DNA from: Prasinococcaceae sp. CCMP 1430
Taxonomy: Eukaryota; Plantae; Prasinodermophyta
Direction: 5' to 3'
NCBI GenBank assembly: GCA_013416795.1
Contig: RQSC01001252.1
Span: 1-64,000 of the forward strand
DNA: 64,000 bases
The translations under genes and the position numbers were made by a program. A model generated the notes under the pieces. The model had not been told where the DNA came from and made no database searches. It saw nothing but the letters and a program-made list of their open reading frames with translations. Shown piece by piece: positions 42,463-53,382 of the stretch (position 1 is the first letter of the stretch; each line of letters starts with the position of its first letter).

Positions 42463-45400
42463 ATGCGGCGGTTCCGCCAGGCGGCCGACACAGCGGCGTC
42501 GAAGGTCAAGAGCGGTGCCACGCGGATCGCAGAGGCGGGCGCGGGCGCCGTCGGCGCGGGCGGCAGCGCGGGGAGGCCGAGACCGACAGGGCACACGCCG
42601 GTGAGGGCGTCGCAGCAGGTAATTGCGACAGAGGGAGGGAGCGCGCGCGCGCGCCTCGGGAGCGCATTCCCCTCTCGGCGCTGACGCTCATCCGCTCGCT
42701 CCGTCTACTGCCACTTGCCGCGCACGTCCGCGCGCGCCATTTCCCGCCAACGCCTGCGCCCACAAACTCCTGTCGCCACCCTCTTCAATTTTCCCTGTCA
42801 CGCACCTACCCACCATCGCTCTCTCTCTCTCTCTCTCTCTTGCGCGCGCACACACACCGCCTCCCAGCCCGTCGAGCGGCCTCGCCCATCGTCGCTGCCC
42901 GCGCGCACGAAACGCGACCCCGAAAAGGTCCTCGAGAGCCTCGACGAGCGCTACTACGACCCGGATTTCGCAGCGCTTGAGGAGGAGCTCACGAGCCTGC
43001 CGGCAGATGTGAGCACGCGCGAGCTCGATGCCAAGTGTGTTGGCCTCATGAAGCACCGCGAGGCGCTCGAGGAGATCCTGTGCGCCCGCGTGCTTGCCAA
43101 CTACGAGCAATTCATCGACGGCATGTCGCAAGTGACCAATCTACAGCACGACCTTACGATGGCAAACGTCGTCGTCCGAAATGCCAGGAGGTTCACGCGC
43201 CGCGCGGCAGCAGGCACGGAGGGCGCGCTAGGCGTCGTGGAAAACTCCCGACGCAAGCGCAGGCTACTTGAGACGCTCGCGCTCGCTACTGAGGTGCGCG
43301 ACGCGCTGAGGCAAAGGGAGCTGCTCAGGGAAGCCCTCGACCGAGGGAAGTATGCAGCGGCCATGGCGGGCGCCATCGAGTGCAGAGAGACGCTCGGAGA
43401 GCTGGCGGAGAGGGGTGTTGGGGGCCCGTGCACCACCGAGGGCGCCAACGCAGACGGTGGCAGCGACGTGAATGGGGCGGGGACGGCGGATGAGGACGAC
43501 AATGGCGGGGGCGCTAGTAGCAGCGGCAGCAGCGGCATAGAGGCGCTGCGTGAGGCGCGAGAGAAACTCGACGAGGTCGCCGGCGAGGCCGTCACACAGG
43601 CTGACGCACAGCTACAGTCGCAGTGCACAGTGGCGTTCGACGAAGGCGCGTACCGGGACGTGCTATACGTATACATGCTGCTCGAAGACGAACTCGGGTT
43701 GGTCGACAAGGTGCAGACTTTCGCGCAGCAGGATGTGCTCGCCAAGTCACAGAACGTGCTCGCCAAGTTCGCGACGCGAAACGACAGTACCGGTACCGCT
43801 GCCGCCGCGGCCGTCCGTGGGGGGGGGCAGGTGGCGTTCATTGAGTTGTGCCGCGGGGTTCCTGAGGACGATTTCCAGCAGTGCCTCAGTGAGACCATGA
43901 CGAGCCTGTTTGAGGTGCTCTGCGTCTATCATCGAATGTTGGCTTGGCACCTTCAGAAGGTGGCCGCGCAGGTGGAGGTGCCAACCAACGCCACCGATGA
44001 TAGCAGCAGCGCCGATGGAGCCGACGAGGAGCAGGCCAGCGCTGCCGAAGCCGCCGCTGTGCACGAGCGCGAGGCGTGCGCAGTGATTGCGGCGGCGCTC
44101 AAGCGCGGCCGGCGTACCGTGTGGGATCTTGCCGCGCGGCGAGTTGCTGCGCTGCTCTCTGCCGACACGCTCGCCGCCTCGGGAAGTGAGGCGTACATGC
44201 AGGTCATCGAGTGGACGAGTTCGTTCATTCAGGCGGGCGAGGCATTCTGTGGCAGCGAGGCGGGCACGCTACGCTCGCGTTTGCAGCAGCAGACGGTGAA
44301 GTACTTCGGAGCGCAGCACCGACGCTCGATGGGCGTGCTCAAGGACATCGTGACGAAGGAGGCATGGACTCCGTTGCCGCTCGAGGCGCTTGAGGCATAC
44401 AGGCGTAGCGCGCGAGCCTATTTGTCGGCAAACGCCGCCCAAACCAAAGTAGCGGATCTATCGAAGCAGAACGACTTTGAGGCCTTCGTCGCAGCAGGGC
44501 CCGTGCAGCTCTTCACCAGAGCGGACAATGAAGGCGAGGAGGACGGTGCCCCGGGCCCCGTTCCAGCCTCGCCTGGGGATGCGACTGATGTCGGCGGGCT
44601 TGGCAGGCGTAGCAGCTCGGTCGTGGGGGGCAAACCAGCAGGCGCAGCCGCAAAGAGCTCGGACGAGGCGCTGCGGCGTGCCATCGTGGAGGAGGGCGAC
44701 GAGGTGGACACGGGTGGCAAGGGGAGCGCTCGTCCGAGTAATGGCAAGGACGGCGATGCCCTCAGCGCGCGGAAGGCCCCAACTCTGACTGCTGCAGGCC
44801 TGCGCATCGTGGACTCGTGGGAGCGATACATAGCGCTGATGGCCCTGCTGCCCGCCATCGCTGGGCAGATTTTCCGCGGCGCGGCTGAGATGTACGAGCT
44901 GTACATGCTCTCTATATTCCAGCTCTTTGGCAAGCGCGAGGCGCTCGCCCGAGAGGGCCTCGGTGCGGACACATCAGATGCGCAAGCGCTGCTCACACCG
45001 CGCTTGCGCACGGCGCTGTTGCGCATCGCGCGAGAGCGTGGCATTGACGTCACGCTGTGGGCGGCGCCGCGCAAGTCGACGCTATCTTCAAACGGCGCGC
45101 CGATGGCAGCGGTTGGCGTTGTAGCCACAGATAGGGCGAGCGCCTCGCAGGCTCAGCAGCAGATGAAGTCAAGCGCCAGTAGCATGATGGGCCGCCTCGG
45201 CGCTCGCTTGGACAAGCTCACCAAAACTCCGCCGAAACTGACGCGTAGCAAGAGCGGTGGTGGCGGTGGAATGCCGGGAGAGACTCAGCCATCCGCCGTT
45301 GCGATGGCTCCCATAAGCGGCAATGTGCCGCGAACAGCGACGGCGCCAGCCATGCAGCAATGCGCGCCCGACGGGGACACTGGCAGCGCTGGTTCGCAGG

Positions 45401-46424
45401 ACGCGACTTCATCCAGGCGAGGTTTGGCCTTTGCGGAGGGGTCCGGCGGTGGGAACGCGCCTTCGACCCCGCCCGGCGCGGGCCCGCCGACGCCGGGTGC
45501 CGAGTCTCCCTCGTCGCTGGCTCGCGTGGACGCCATCCTGTCAAGTGGCAACTTGTACGGGCTCAAGGAGCGATACATCGCCACCGAGAGTCTGTATTGG
45601 GTGGCAGAGGAGATCAAGGGCATGCGAGCGCGCCTGATCTCGCTGCTGTCACCCGCCGATGCGCGCTCGGCCGAGCACTTTTTCAGCCGGACAGTCGACG
45701 CTGCGGGCGATCTGCGCGAGCACGTGTGTACGTCATATCAGCCCTCCTGGACCGCCCACAGCGCGCCCATTTCAGCTCGATGTTTTGCACGCGCTCTGGC
45801 CTGGCGTACCCCAGCTACACACACACATACATGCGCTGCGCTGACGGGACTGGCCGCGCCACCCATCTCGGCCCTAACTGCGCAGATAAATCGGTGAGCC
45901 GCCTGCTGCTGAACTCGGCGTCGTTCGCGCACGCCGTCTCCGCTGCGCGCTTTGATGCCAAGGAGGTTGGAGACAGTCACTCGACGTACGTGGACGTCAT
46001 CCTTAACTCGTTCAGGCAGTTCGCGACCAAGGTATCGGTGGCGGGTGTCACGCCCGAAGTTGCTGACGTGCTCTTCAACGACGCAGTGGCGGCCACGGCC
46101 GAGGCGCTCGTTGAGGGGTACGCGCAGGCGCGCAAGTGTACCAACGAGGGGCGCGCACTCATGTCGCTCGACGTGCAGACGCTCATCGCCGGCCTGCGAG
46201 ATCTGCGCAAGGGCGCGCCACCGCCCAACCTCGACATGGTCAGCGAGTACATCCGCGCATTCTACCTGCCCATGGAGGACGTGCTCGGCTGGGCCGCGCG
46301 CCACCCTGAGTACAAGGTCAGCCAGGTGGTGGCGCTCGTGAAGAGCGCAGCGGACGCGCAGGGCTGGAAGCGCAGCGACAGGAAAGCGCTCATCGAGAGA
46401 ATCGAGGCGGGCGAGCTCATCTGA
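42463..46424 (+). CDS. VPS50: Syndetin/VPS50 (EARP complex); join(42463..42600,42868..45727,45886..46424)
   Basis: LESLDERYYDPDF, VLANYEQFIDGMSQV, YGLKERYIATESL, spliced HV-Y-KSVSRLL, HSTYVD, EALVEGYAQARKCTNEGRALMSLD and YIRAFYLP....WAARHPEY. Confidence 0.92.
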
Positions 46425-46682
46425 GGCCGTAGGCCGTACCTTTTAAAATTTATAAGCAGGTTCCCGTGCCACAGCGCGTTGCGGCCGCGCGAGCGGCGCT
46501 GTGGCCTCTGCCGCCTCTGCCGCGCACAACCGCGGTGCTTGCGCCGACGCGCCCGCATCCGACACCGCGTGCACAGCCTGCTCTGTCGTCACCTCTGCCT
46601 CGCCGGTGTGCGAGCGCGTTTGTGCGCTTTGCGCTTGCGCTCGCCGGGAGAACGCCGGGGCTGCTGGCGTCAGGCTGCGCCG

Positions 46683-47687
46683 ATGTCAGAAGATGACAAC
46701 TGGCTGGACCTCGAAGAGGACGCCGAGCCCGCCGCTGCACCCGCCCGAGCTCCCATGGCTGCCCCCAGCCTTCCCGGCCTGGCTCCGACGACGGGAGCGT
46801 CTCTTGCTGCCGACGCTGCAGTCGCCGCACCCGCCGGCGCGCCCTCCAACGCTGCCGCTCACGCCGCGGCCACCACCGCCGCACCCGCTTCTGCCACGGC
46901 GCCCGCACTGGTGGTACCACGCGGCGAGGCGCTCTCTGACTCAGACGATGGGCTCGACCTGAGCGATGACGACAGCGACGGCGGAGCCGCCAATCGAGGT
47001 GGCGCCGCTGGCATGCATGCGCCCCCAGCCGATTCCGCAGGGCTGGTGCAGCCCTTCGCGAGCGTCGCCGCACAGCCTGCCGCGGCTCTCACCTCGGAGA
47101 CAGGGGCGATCGCACTGCGCCGGCCGATGCTACCAGGGCCCGCGTCGCGTGCGCAACGTGCGTCTGCGCCACCGCGCGTTGCGAGCAGGACAGCAGCCGG
47201 CGTTGCAGTCAACAGCTGGGATGCGCTGTGGACTGGCCACGGCGCTCCCTGCACGAACGCAAACGGTGCCTCACACTGCGGTGCGGATACAGAGGAAGAT
47301 GATGGTGGCGTGTCGGGCGATCGTGCATGGCAGCGTTTGCTTGAGCGTCAGCTGGCTGGCGCATGGCGTGGTGCCGAGGGCATGTGCACGGCCGCGCAGG
47401 TGCTCGCTGATACATCCATGCGGCGCGTGCCACGCCTGGCTGGCGTGCTGCGTGAGAGAGAGATTGGCGCCGCAGAGAGCGGCCAGATTCGCTGCCTGGT
47501 TGCCGATCCGAGCGGTGCGCTGCCCGCAACTTTGCATGCAGGCGCGGTCGAGGCGCACCCCTCACTCGCCGACGCGGAGGGCGTCGCAGTGCTTCTCAGG
47601 GATGTGGCGGTTCTGCGGGTGGGCAAGGCAGCGGCAGTGTCCGTCCTGGCGCACAGAGTGGAGGCGGTCGTCACAGCCGGCGCTTGA
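46683..47687 (+). CDS. HROB: HROB/MCM8IP (DUF4539) OB-fold homologous recombination factor-like
   Basis: C-terminal RVPRLAGVLRE...LVADPSGALPATLH......GVAVLLRDVAVL resembles the HROB K(V/I)P...L.DPTG.M..T.H....G.VLLL..V.V consensus; low-complexity N-terminus. Confidence 0.7.
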   Translation: MSEDDNWLDLEEDAEPAAAPARAPMAAPSLPGLAPTTGASLAADAAVAAPAGAPSNAAAHAAATTAAPASATAPALVVPRGEALSDSDDGLDLSDDDSDGGAANRGGAAGMHAPPADSAGLVQPFASVAAQPAAALTSETGAIALRRPMLPGPASRAQRASAPPRVASRTAAGVAVNSWDALWTGHGAPCTNANGASHCGADTEEDDGGVSGDRAWQRLLERQLAGAWRGAEGMCTAAQVLADTSMRRVPRLAGVLREREIGAAESGQIRCLVADPSGALPATLHAGAVEAHPSLADAEGVAVLLRDVAVLRVGKAAAVSVLAHRVEAVVTAGA

Positions 47688-47806
47688 TCGTGCCCCGGCG
47701 GCGCCATCGAGTGTAGCAATTGGCCGGTACAGTATGTGTAAATTATTGAGATTGAGCACAAGGCGGCGCGCTCGCGCGCAAGATGCGCGCGCTGCAGATG
47801 ATAGGC

Positions 47807-49026
47807 TCAGTCCTCCAGTTCTTCGAGGTCTGCGGCGCCGCGGTTCCCGGTCGGGAGAGACCGATCAAGCGGTGCGCATACGTCAGTCCTCGTCTATACA
47901 AGTGTCAGCGAGCGCGCACACGCAGGTTGGCGCACGCGGTATGCCGGCAGGGCGGGGGAGGCCGGATGGCGGCGGTCGCGGCACGCATGCGCGACGGCAC
48001 TGCGCACCTTCGTCGTCGCTGTCGGTGTGAATGTCCTTGTCTCGCGGGTCGTCGAACCTCTTGAGGTCATCGAGGTCGCCAAGGTCGAACGTGTCGACGT
48101 TTTCATCCTCCTAAAAACGCAAGCAACGCGTGCGAGCGGGTCAGCGGCGGTAGCAGGCGGCGGGCATGAGCGCTGACCTCGCAGCAGGCTCTGCGCCGTA
48201 GCGACGCGCACAAGAGCGCCAGACAACCAGTGACACGCGCTGCTGGCGCGCAAGCACGCGTCACTCGCCAGCAGAGAGAGACGACGACGTGTTCGCAAGC
48301 GCGCGACAGACCTCCTCCTCATCCTCGTCCTTCCACCTATCCCAGTCGATCTTGAGCCACTGCGGTGCCTTGCCCGGCGCCTTGAGTAGCCGTGGCCAGT
48401 GGTCGCCCACCTCCTTGCGTGCAACCACCACTGAGATGCTGCGTGCGCTTATCGCCACCTGCGGCAGCGAAGGTGCATCGACAGGGACGCGGGGCACGGG
48501 TGCGCGCATGCGCCGAGCAAGCGCACAGCAAGCGTCGAAGGGCAAGCATCCCATGGGTGCAGGCACGCAACGCACCGTGCACGCGTCAGCATGTGCAGCT
48601 CGCAATAGCGCTCGCGAAGCGCGCGGAGGAGCGCTCTCTCCACGCGTGTGCGCGTCAGTGTGTTGCGTGCGTGTCGGGTGTACGCGCGAGAGAGAATGTG
48701 CACTGCCGCTTGGCGAGCCCCACCAGGCGCGGTGGCCTCACGTGCAGACGCCTGCGCCGGCACGCGACCGCATTTCCAAGGCCACCGTGCTGGCGCCATA
48801 CCTTGGAGGCGTCGGCGTCGATCTCGCCGAAGAGCTCCACGTTGAGCTCGTACTGTCTGCGGTCGTCCACGGGCCCACCCTCGCCTGCGAAAAACAGCCT
48901 GCCGTGAGAGGACGCAGGGTCGAGGCGCACAGTTGGTTTCTCGAGCTGCTGAACAGAGAGGGTGAGCAGCACGCGGTCCTTGCGCTGCGCCCATGTCACC
49001 TGCGGCGTGCGCGTCTCACTCGCCAT
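47807..49026 (-). CDS. P23: Hsp90 co-chaperone p23/Sba1; exons 49026-48802, 48458-48312, 48110-48008, 47829-47807
   Basis: PQVTWAQRKDRVLLT, YELNVELFGEID, WPRLLK..GKAPQWLKIDWDRWKDEDE and an acidic tail DSDDEDLEELED. Three GT-AG introns keep the frame. Confidence 0.93.
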
Positions 49027-49567
49027 GCGGGCGCGACCCGTGGCGTTGGGGGCGGCGTTCCTTCTCTCAAGCATGAGAGTGGCGCCGCATCGGTGCGCGG
49101 GCTTTCGGTGCCACTCGGACTGCCCCGCTGCTGCGGAGCGCGCTGCATGCGCCCGCGCCCGCCGCGGCGCGCGAGACGCGCACTCAGCCTGCAGCTGCGC
49201 CCGCGCCTGTGGTGCCTACAGCGCACTCAGGGCACCGCGCAGCGGACTGGCACGCGCGGGCCCGCGCCGCCCCTGCGGGGGGCGACACAGGCCCACCACC
49301 CGTGGACGCAGCTGTCGTAGAGGAGTCAGATGCGACTGTTTGTGATTAGCGTGGCTAGCTAAACTAGAGTTGAATGTGGTGTACAATTTGCGCGCACCCA
49401 AGCATGCGCGGGGGCGAGGCAGGCGGTGGCGTGTCGAGCTCGCGGGCCGGGCGGCACTAGCTGTGCTCGCAGGCGGCGCTGGTCTCCACGCGAGGAGCCT
49501 CTGAAAGCGCGGCATGTCGCACGAGGAGCCGCTTTGGTCCCGCATGGCCCCATCCCCGTCCCGGGCC

Positions 49568-50500
49568 TCACTTCGGCAGCACCGACGACCTCTTCCTGGG
49601 AGGCTGCTTGTACATGGAGGCGCCACCGATGCAAACGAGCAGGGCCATCGTGCCCGCAGCGGACGCGTGGTAGTCCCACAAAAGCACGTTGATGAGCACG
49701 GTCGCGACTTTGTTCGTGACCCCGATGACGGTGAAGGTGAGCGCCGACACGTGCTTGCGCAGGAGGAAACCCGCGAATGAAATGCCGCAGCCCACAGCGC
49801 AGCTGAGCCCCACGGGGAGCAAAACCCTCCGGTCGGTCAGCGCGACAGGGCCAGCCATGTAGTTGCTGAACTCGCCCTGGTACAGGGCCAGGAAGATGGC
49901 AGGCACGAGGCTCAGAGTGTTCTGGTAGTAGACGCGCCCCCACGTCGTCAGGTCTGGGCCCTTGCTCACCACGTGCTTGAGCACCAGCTGATCGGCGACC
50001 ATGCACGCCCAGTAGCAGAATGCCCAGAAGCAGTTGGCAATATGCAGCTCGGACTCGACATTCGCAAACACCACAGCACCCCCCAGCGTGAGCGCAAGCG
50101 CCGCCCACGTGCGCGGCCCGGGCAGCTCGCGCTGCATGAAGACGAAGTCTCCCAGTGCGACGGCCAGCGGCAGACTGCTGCGAAAGACGATGACGGTGTC
50201 GACGTTCAGATCACGCAGCGCGAGCATTGACGTGAAGAGCGTCGCGAAGAAGACCGCCACCGCCTTCAGGAAGCCCAGCACCTTCTTGGTCTGAAGGGCG
50301 TCCACTTTCAAGTATCCCATCATGCCGAGCCCCTTGGGCACAGCGATCGATACAATGAACTGGCAGCAGAGAAGCAGGTTCGGGTACGGGAAAGCCACGA
50401 CGGCCGCCTTGTTCGCGACGAGCATCGTCGCCGAGCAGAAGCAATAGAAGGCCACCACGCTGAGGAGGTTGGCCCGCGAGGTTGGCACGTCGTGCACCAT
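49568..50500 (-). CDS. Golgi nucleotide-sugar transporter, GONST3/4 (GDP-fucose/mannose) family
   Basis: MLVANKAAV..FPYP.LL, NVDTVIVFRS..PL.VA, WGRVYYQN and ISFAGF..RK.VSA.TFTV.GV.NKV.TV.IN...WD.HAS. Confidence 0.9.
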   Translation of the reverse strand: MVHDVPTSRANLLSVVAFYCFCSATMLVANKAAVVAFPYPNLLLCCQFIVSIAVPKGLGMMGYLKVDALQTKKVLGFLKAVAVFFATLFTSMLALRDLNVDTVIVFRSSLPLAVALGDFVFMQRELPGPRTWAALALTLGGAVVFANVESELHIANCFWAFCYWACMVADQLVLKHVVSKGPDLTTWGRVYYQNTLSLVPAIFLALYQGEFSNYMAGPVALTDRRVLLPVGLSCAVGCGISFAGFLLRKHVSALTFTVIGVTNKVATVLINVLLWDYHASAAGTMALLVCIGGASMYKQPPRKRSSVLPK

Positions 50501-50569
50501 GTCCGTCGATATCGCCGGATCGGGTCCCGCCGCGCGCGCGCCCCTCGCCGCGGGCGCCGCGCGCCCCCN

Positions 50570-51685
50570 GGGTTCGAGCACGTAGCGGCCCACGAGGCCA
50601 CGCAGGGCCAGGTCAGTGAACTCGAGGGACGCCGACAGCGGGGCGACGGTCCGAGCCGCGCGATCTACGGCGAGCCGCGCGCCGAGCGCGCGAGAGCGGG
50701 AGCGGGAGCGGGAGCGGGAGCGGCAGCGGGGGCCGCGCTGCCCCTGGCGGGCGCCGTCGCTGTCGTCACTGGGGCCAACACTGGCCTCGGCAAGGAGACG
50801 GCCGGGCGGCTCGCGGCGGCGGGCGCCAAGGTCGTGTTCGCGTGCCGCTCTGAGGGGCGCGCGAGAGAGGCGATCGCCGACGTGCGCGCACGCAGGGGCG
50901 TGCCAGCGGACAGGGCGGTCTTCATGCCGCTCGATCTAACCTCGCTGAAGAGCGTGGTCTCGTTCGCGAAGAGCTACAAGGCGGAGCACAATCGCTGCGA
51001 CGCGCTCGTGTGCAACGCGGCCATCAACGGCTTCACCGCCAAGACGTACGACAGCACCATCACCGAGGACGGCTTCAACGTCGTGTGGCAGGTGAACTTC
51101 CTGGGCCACTGGCTGCTGGCGAGGCTGCTGCAGGAGCCGCTCGCCAAGGCCAACGGGCGCGTGGTGATGGTGACGAGCTGCATGCACGCCGCCGGCTCGG
51201 TCGACAGCACCAAGTTCCGCCGCACGCGCGGCTGTCGGATGCAGTACGAGACGACCAAGCTGGCGGCGGGCCTCGCGGCGCGCGAGCTCACGCGGCGGGC
51301 GGCCGAGCGCGGTGAGCGCGTGGTGGCGCACGCGGCCACGCCCGGTGCGGTGATGACGGACATCTTCCGCGACCTGCCAAACAGGCAGCTGCTGGCGCCC
51401 ATCATGCGATGCATGTTCCTGTCGCCCGAGCAAGGTGCCGACACGAGCGTCGCGGCGGCCTCGGACCCCCGCCTGGCGCCGGGCGCGTCGGACAGCAAGT
51501 ACCTCGTGCCATACTGGCATGCCGGCATCACGCTCGAGCCGCTGCGCACGATGTTCGACACGTGGGGCTGGCACGTGGGCGCCATCGAGGGCGTCGCGCA
51601 CGCCAGCATGCGCGGCGCGGCGGCCGACGCGGCCGCGCGCGAGCTGTGCGCGCTCGCCGACGCGGACATCGAGGCCTACCTCTGA
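50570..51685 (+). CDS. Short-chain dehydrogenase/reductase (retinol dehydrogenase/WWOX-like); start probably lost at the N at 50569
   Basis: VVTGANTGLG, VVFACRS, LDLTSLKSV, LVCNAA, VNFLGH, catalytic YETTK and TPGAVMT. Confidence 0.9.
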   Translation, partial: GFEHVAAHEATQGQVSELEGRRQRGDGPSRAIYGEPRAERARAGAGAGAGAAAGAALPLAGAVAVVTGANTGLGKETAGRLAAAGAKVVFACRSEGRAREAIADVRARRGVPADRAVFMPLDLTSLKSVVSFAKSYKAEHNRCDALVCNAAINGFTAKTYDSTITEDGFNVVWQVNFLGHWLLARLLQEPLAKANGRVVMVTSCMHAAGSVDSTKFRRTRGCRMQYETTKLAAGLAARELTRRAAERGERVVAHAATPGAVMTDIFRDLPNRQLLAPIMRCMFLSPEQGADTSVAAASDPRLAPGASDSKYLVPYWHAGITLEPLRTMFDTWGWHVGAIEGVAHASMRGAAADAAARELCALADADIEAYL

Positions 51686-52243
51686 GAGGACGCGCCCCTC
51701 CTCCACAGCCTGCCGTCGCGGCGCGGCCGGGAGGCACATCAAACCGCATGCATCCGAGTTGATGCTTTCCCGTGGCTCATGTAATACTAATAGTGCTTCA
51801 TACATATCTGACACGTCATGCGCGCGCGGCCCCGGGGCTCGATCGGCGCCCCGCTGTCTTCTGGAAGCGCCGGCGCGCCAGCGCGCGGGATGGTTCGGGT
51901 TCCGCGGAGCGCGAAATGGCGCGGTGCGCGGTGCGTTCCGGGCAGCGGTGTTTTTCGGCGCGGCGTTTTCGGCGGGTGGCAATCCGCGAGTTTGACGGGC
52001 GGAGCTGCGCGCGCGACAGCAACACCCGCGCGCCGCGCGCCGCGATTGGCGCCACACCGCCCCGCGGCGGCGCGGCGTGAAGGGAGGAGGGGGGCTCGAA
52101 CCCCCTCCCTTTCCGCGCTCACCCCCACCCCCTCGGTGGGGTGGGGTGGGGCGCACCCCCACCCCACCCCACCCCATCCGCGCGCGCGCTGCGCGCGCGC
52201 TCACCGCGCGAGGAGGCGGGTGGCGGACACCCACCCGCCCCGA

Positions 52244-53083
52244 ATGTCCGTGATGATGGACGGCAGTGACGTCGAAGCGCTCGACATGCTCTTCGGCCAG
52301 GGCGTGGGCGGTGGCGGTGGCGACGTCGATTCCTTCGACGACTTGTTCTCGCTGCTGCCGGGGGATGACGACCTGTCCCCGAGCCCGAGTGAGCTCGAGG
52401 GGGCCGCTGGCGCCGCGCCGCTCGACGCCGAGCCCGCCCAGGGCCAACCGCCCGAGGCGCAGAAGCGCACGGCGGCCAAGCGCGCGCGCAGCGAGCCGGC
52501 GGAGGAGGAGGACCACGAGGAGGCCGTGAAGCGGCGCAGGCGGCTCGAGAAGAACCGCCAGTCCGCGCAGCTGAGCCGCGAGCGCAAGCGGAACCAGGTC
52601 GACAGGCTGCAGGCGCAGGTGGCCCAGCTGAAGCACGACAACATGTCGCTGGCCTACACGCTCTCGGTTTATCATGCCGAGATGCAGCGCATGCAAGAGC
52701 AGCTTTCAAAGCTCACCGACGATCGCACGCGCGCGCTGCCCGCTGCTGCTTCAACGGCCGACGGCCCCACCGCCGACCAACACACCGACCAACCTACTAC
52801 GACGCATGTGCGTGGACACAAGGAGGAAGATAAGCCTGCTGTGCAAGAGAAAATGCCTTCTCTTCTCCTCCTGGTGGCCATCTCCACGCTCCTGCAGGCG
52901 GCGTCCTGCTACCTCGCCGGGTCCCTCTGCCTCAACACTCGTGAGGCGCTTGACCGCGTGCGGGCGTACAGGACCAGCTGCGCTGAGCAGGCTCGCAAGG
53001 GCCTGCCCAACTGGCGGATGGCAGACGCGCCTTTCGGCGCGGACCTGACGCTCTCAGATGGCACCGTCGACAACGCTGGCTAG
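52244..53083 (+). CDS. bZIP transcription factor with a C-terminal hydrophobic segment (bZIP60/HAC1/XBP1-like)
   Basis: KRRRRLEKNRQSAQLSRERKRNQVDRLQAQVAQLKHDNMSL followed by KPAVQEKMPSLLLLVAISTLLQAASCYLAGSLCL. Confidence 0.88.
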   Translation: MSVMMDGSDVEALDMLFGQGVGGGGGDVDSFDDLFSLLPGDDDLSPSPSELEGAAGAAPLDAEPAQGQPPEAQKRTAAKRARSEPAEEEDHEEAVKRRRRLEKNRQSAQLSRERKRNQVDRLQAQVAQLKHDNMSLAYTLSVYHAEMQRMQEQLSKLTDDRTRALPAAASTADGPTADQHTDQPTTTHVRGHKEEDKPAVQEKMPSLLLLVAISTLLQAASCYLAGSLCLNTREALDRVRAYRTSCAEQARKGLPNWRMADAPFGADLTLSDGTVDNAG

Positions 53084-53382
53084 CAGTGGCCCCTCCGCGC
53101 CGGAGAGGATGGGGCGGCCGTTGGCCACCCACGAGGCGCGGAGGAAGGTGCACGAGTGTCGCGAGACTGATAGAGCGCACGCAACGGCTTGATCGAAGCC
53201 GTCTAGAGCGGAGGGGCGCGCCGCGCGCCTGCGCTGGCCCGTGCCTGTATCCGTAACAAAGGCATTCGCACAACACCGCTCGCGCCGCCAGCACCCGCCT
53301 CCCCTGCTCGCTGCCGCGCGGGAGCGTCCGCGCCACAGCGAAAACACTATTAGCTTCACGTTATTAGTACCCGCGCCCTCGA

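Noticed and set aside
50492-50600. Apparent head-to-head overlap of the GONST and SDR genes
   Set aside because: A single N at 50569 sits exactly between them and the SDR lacks an ATG, so a collapsed gap is the simpler explanation.
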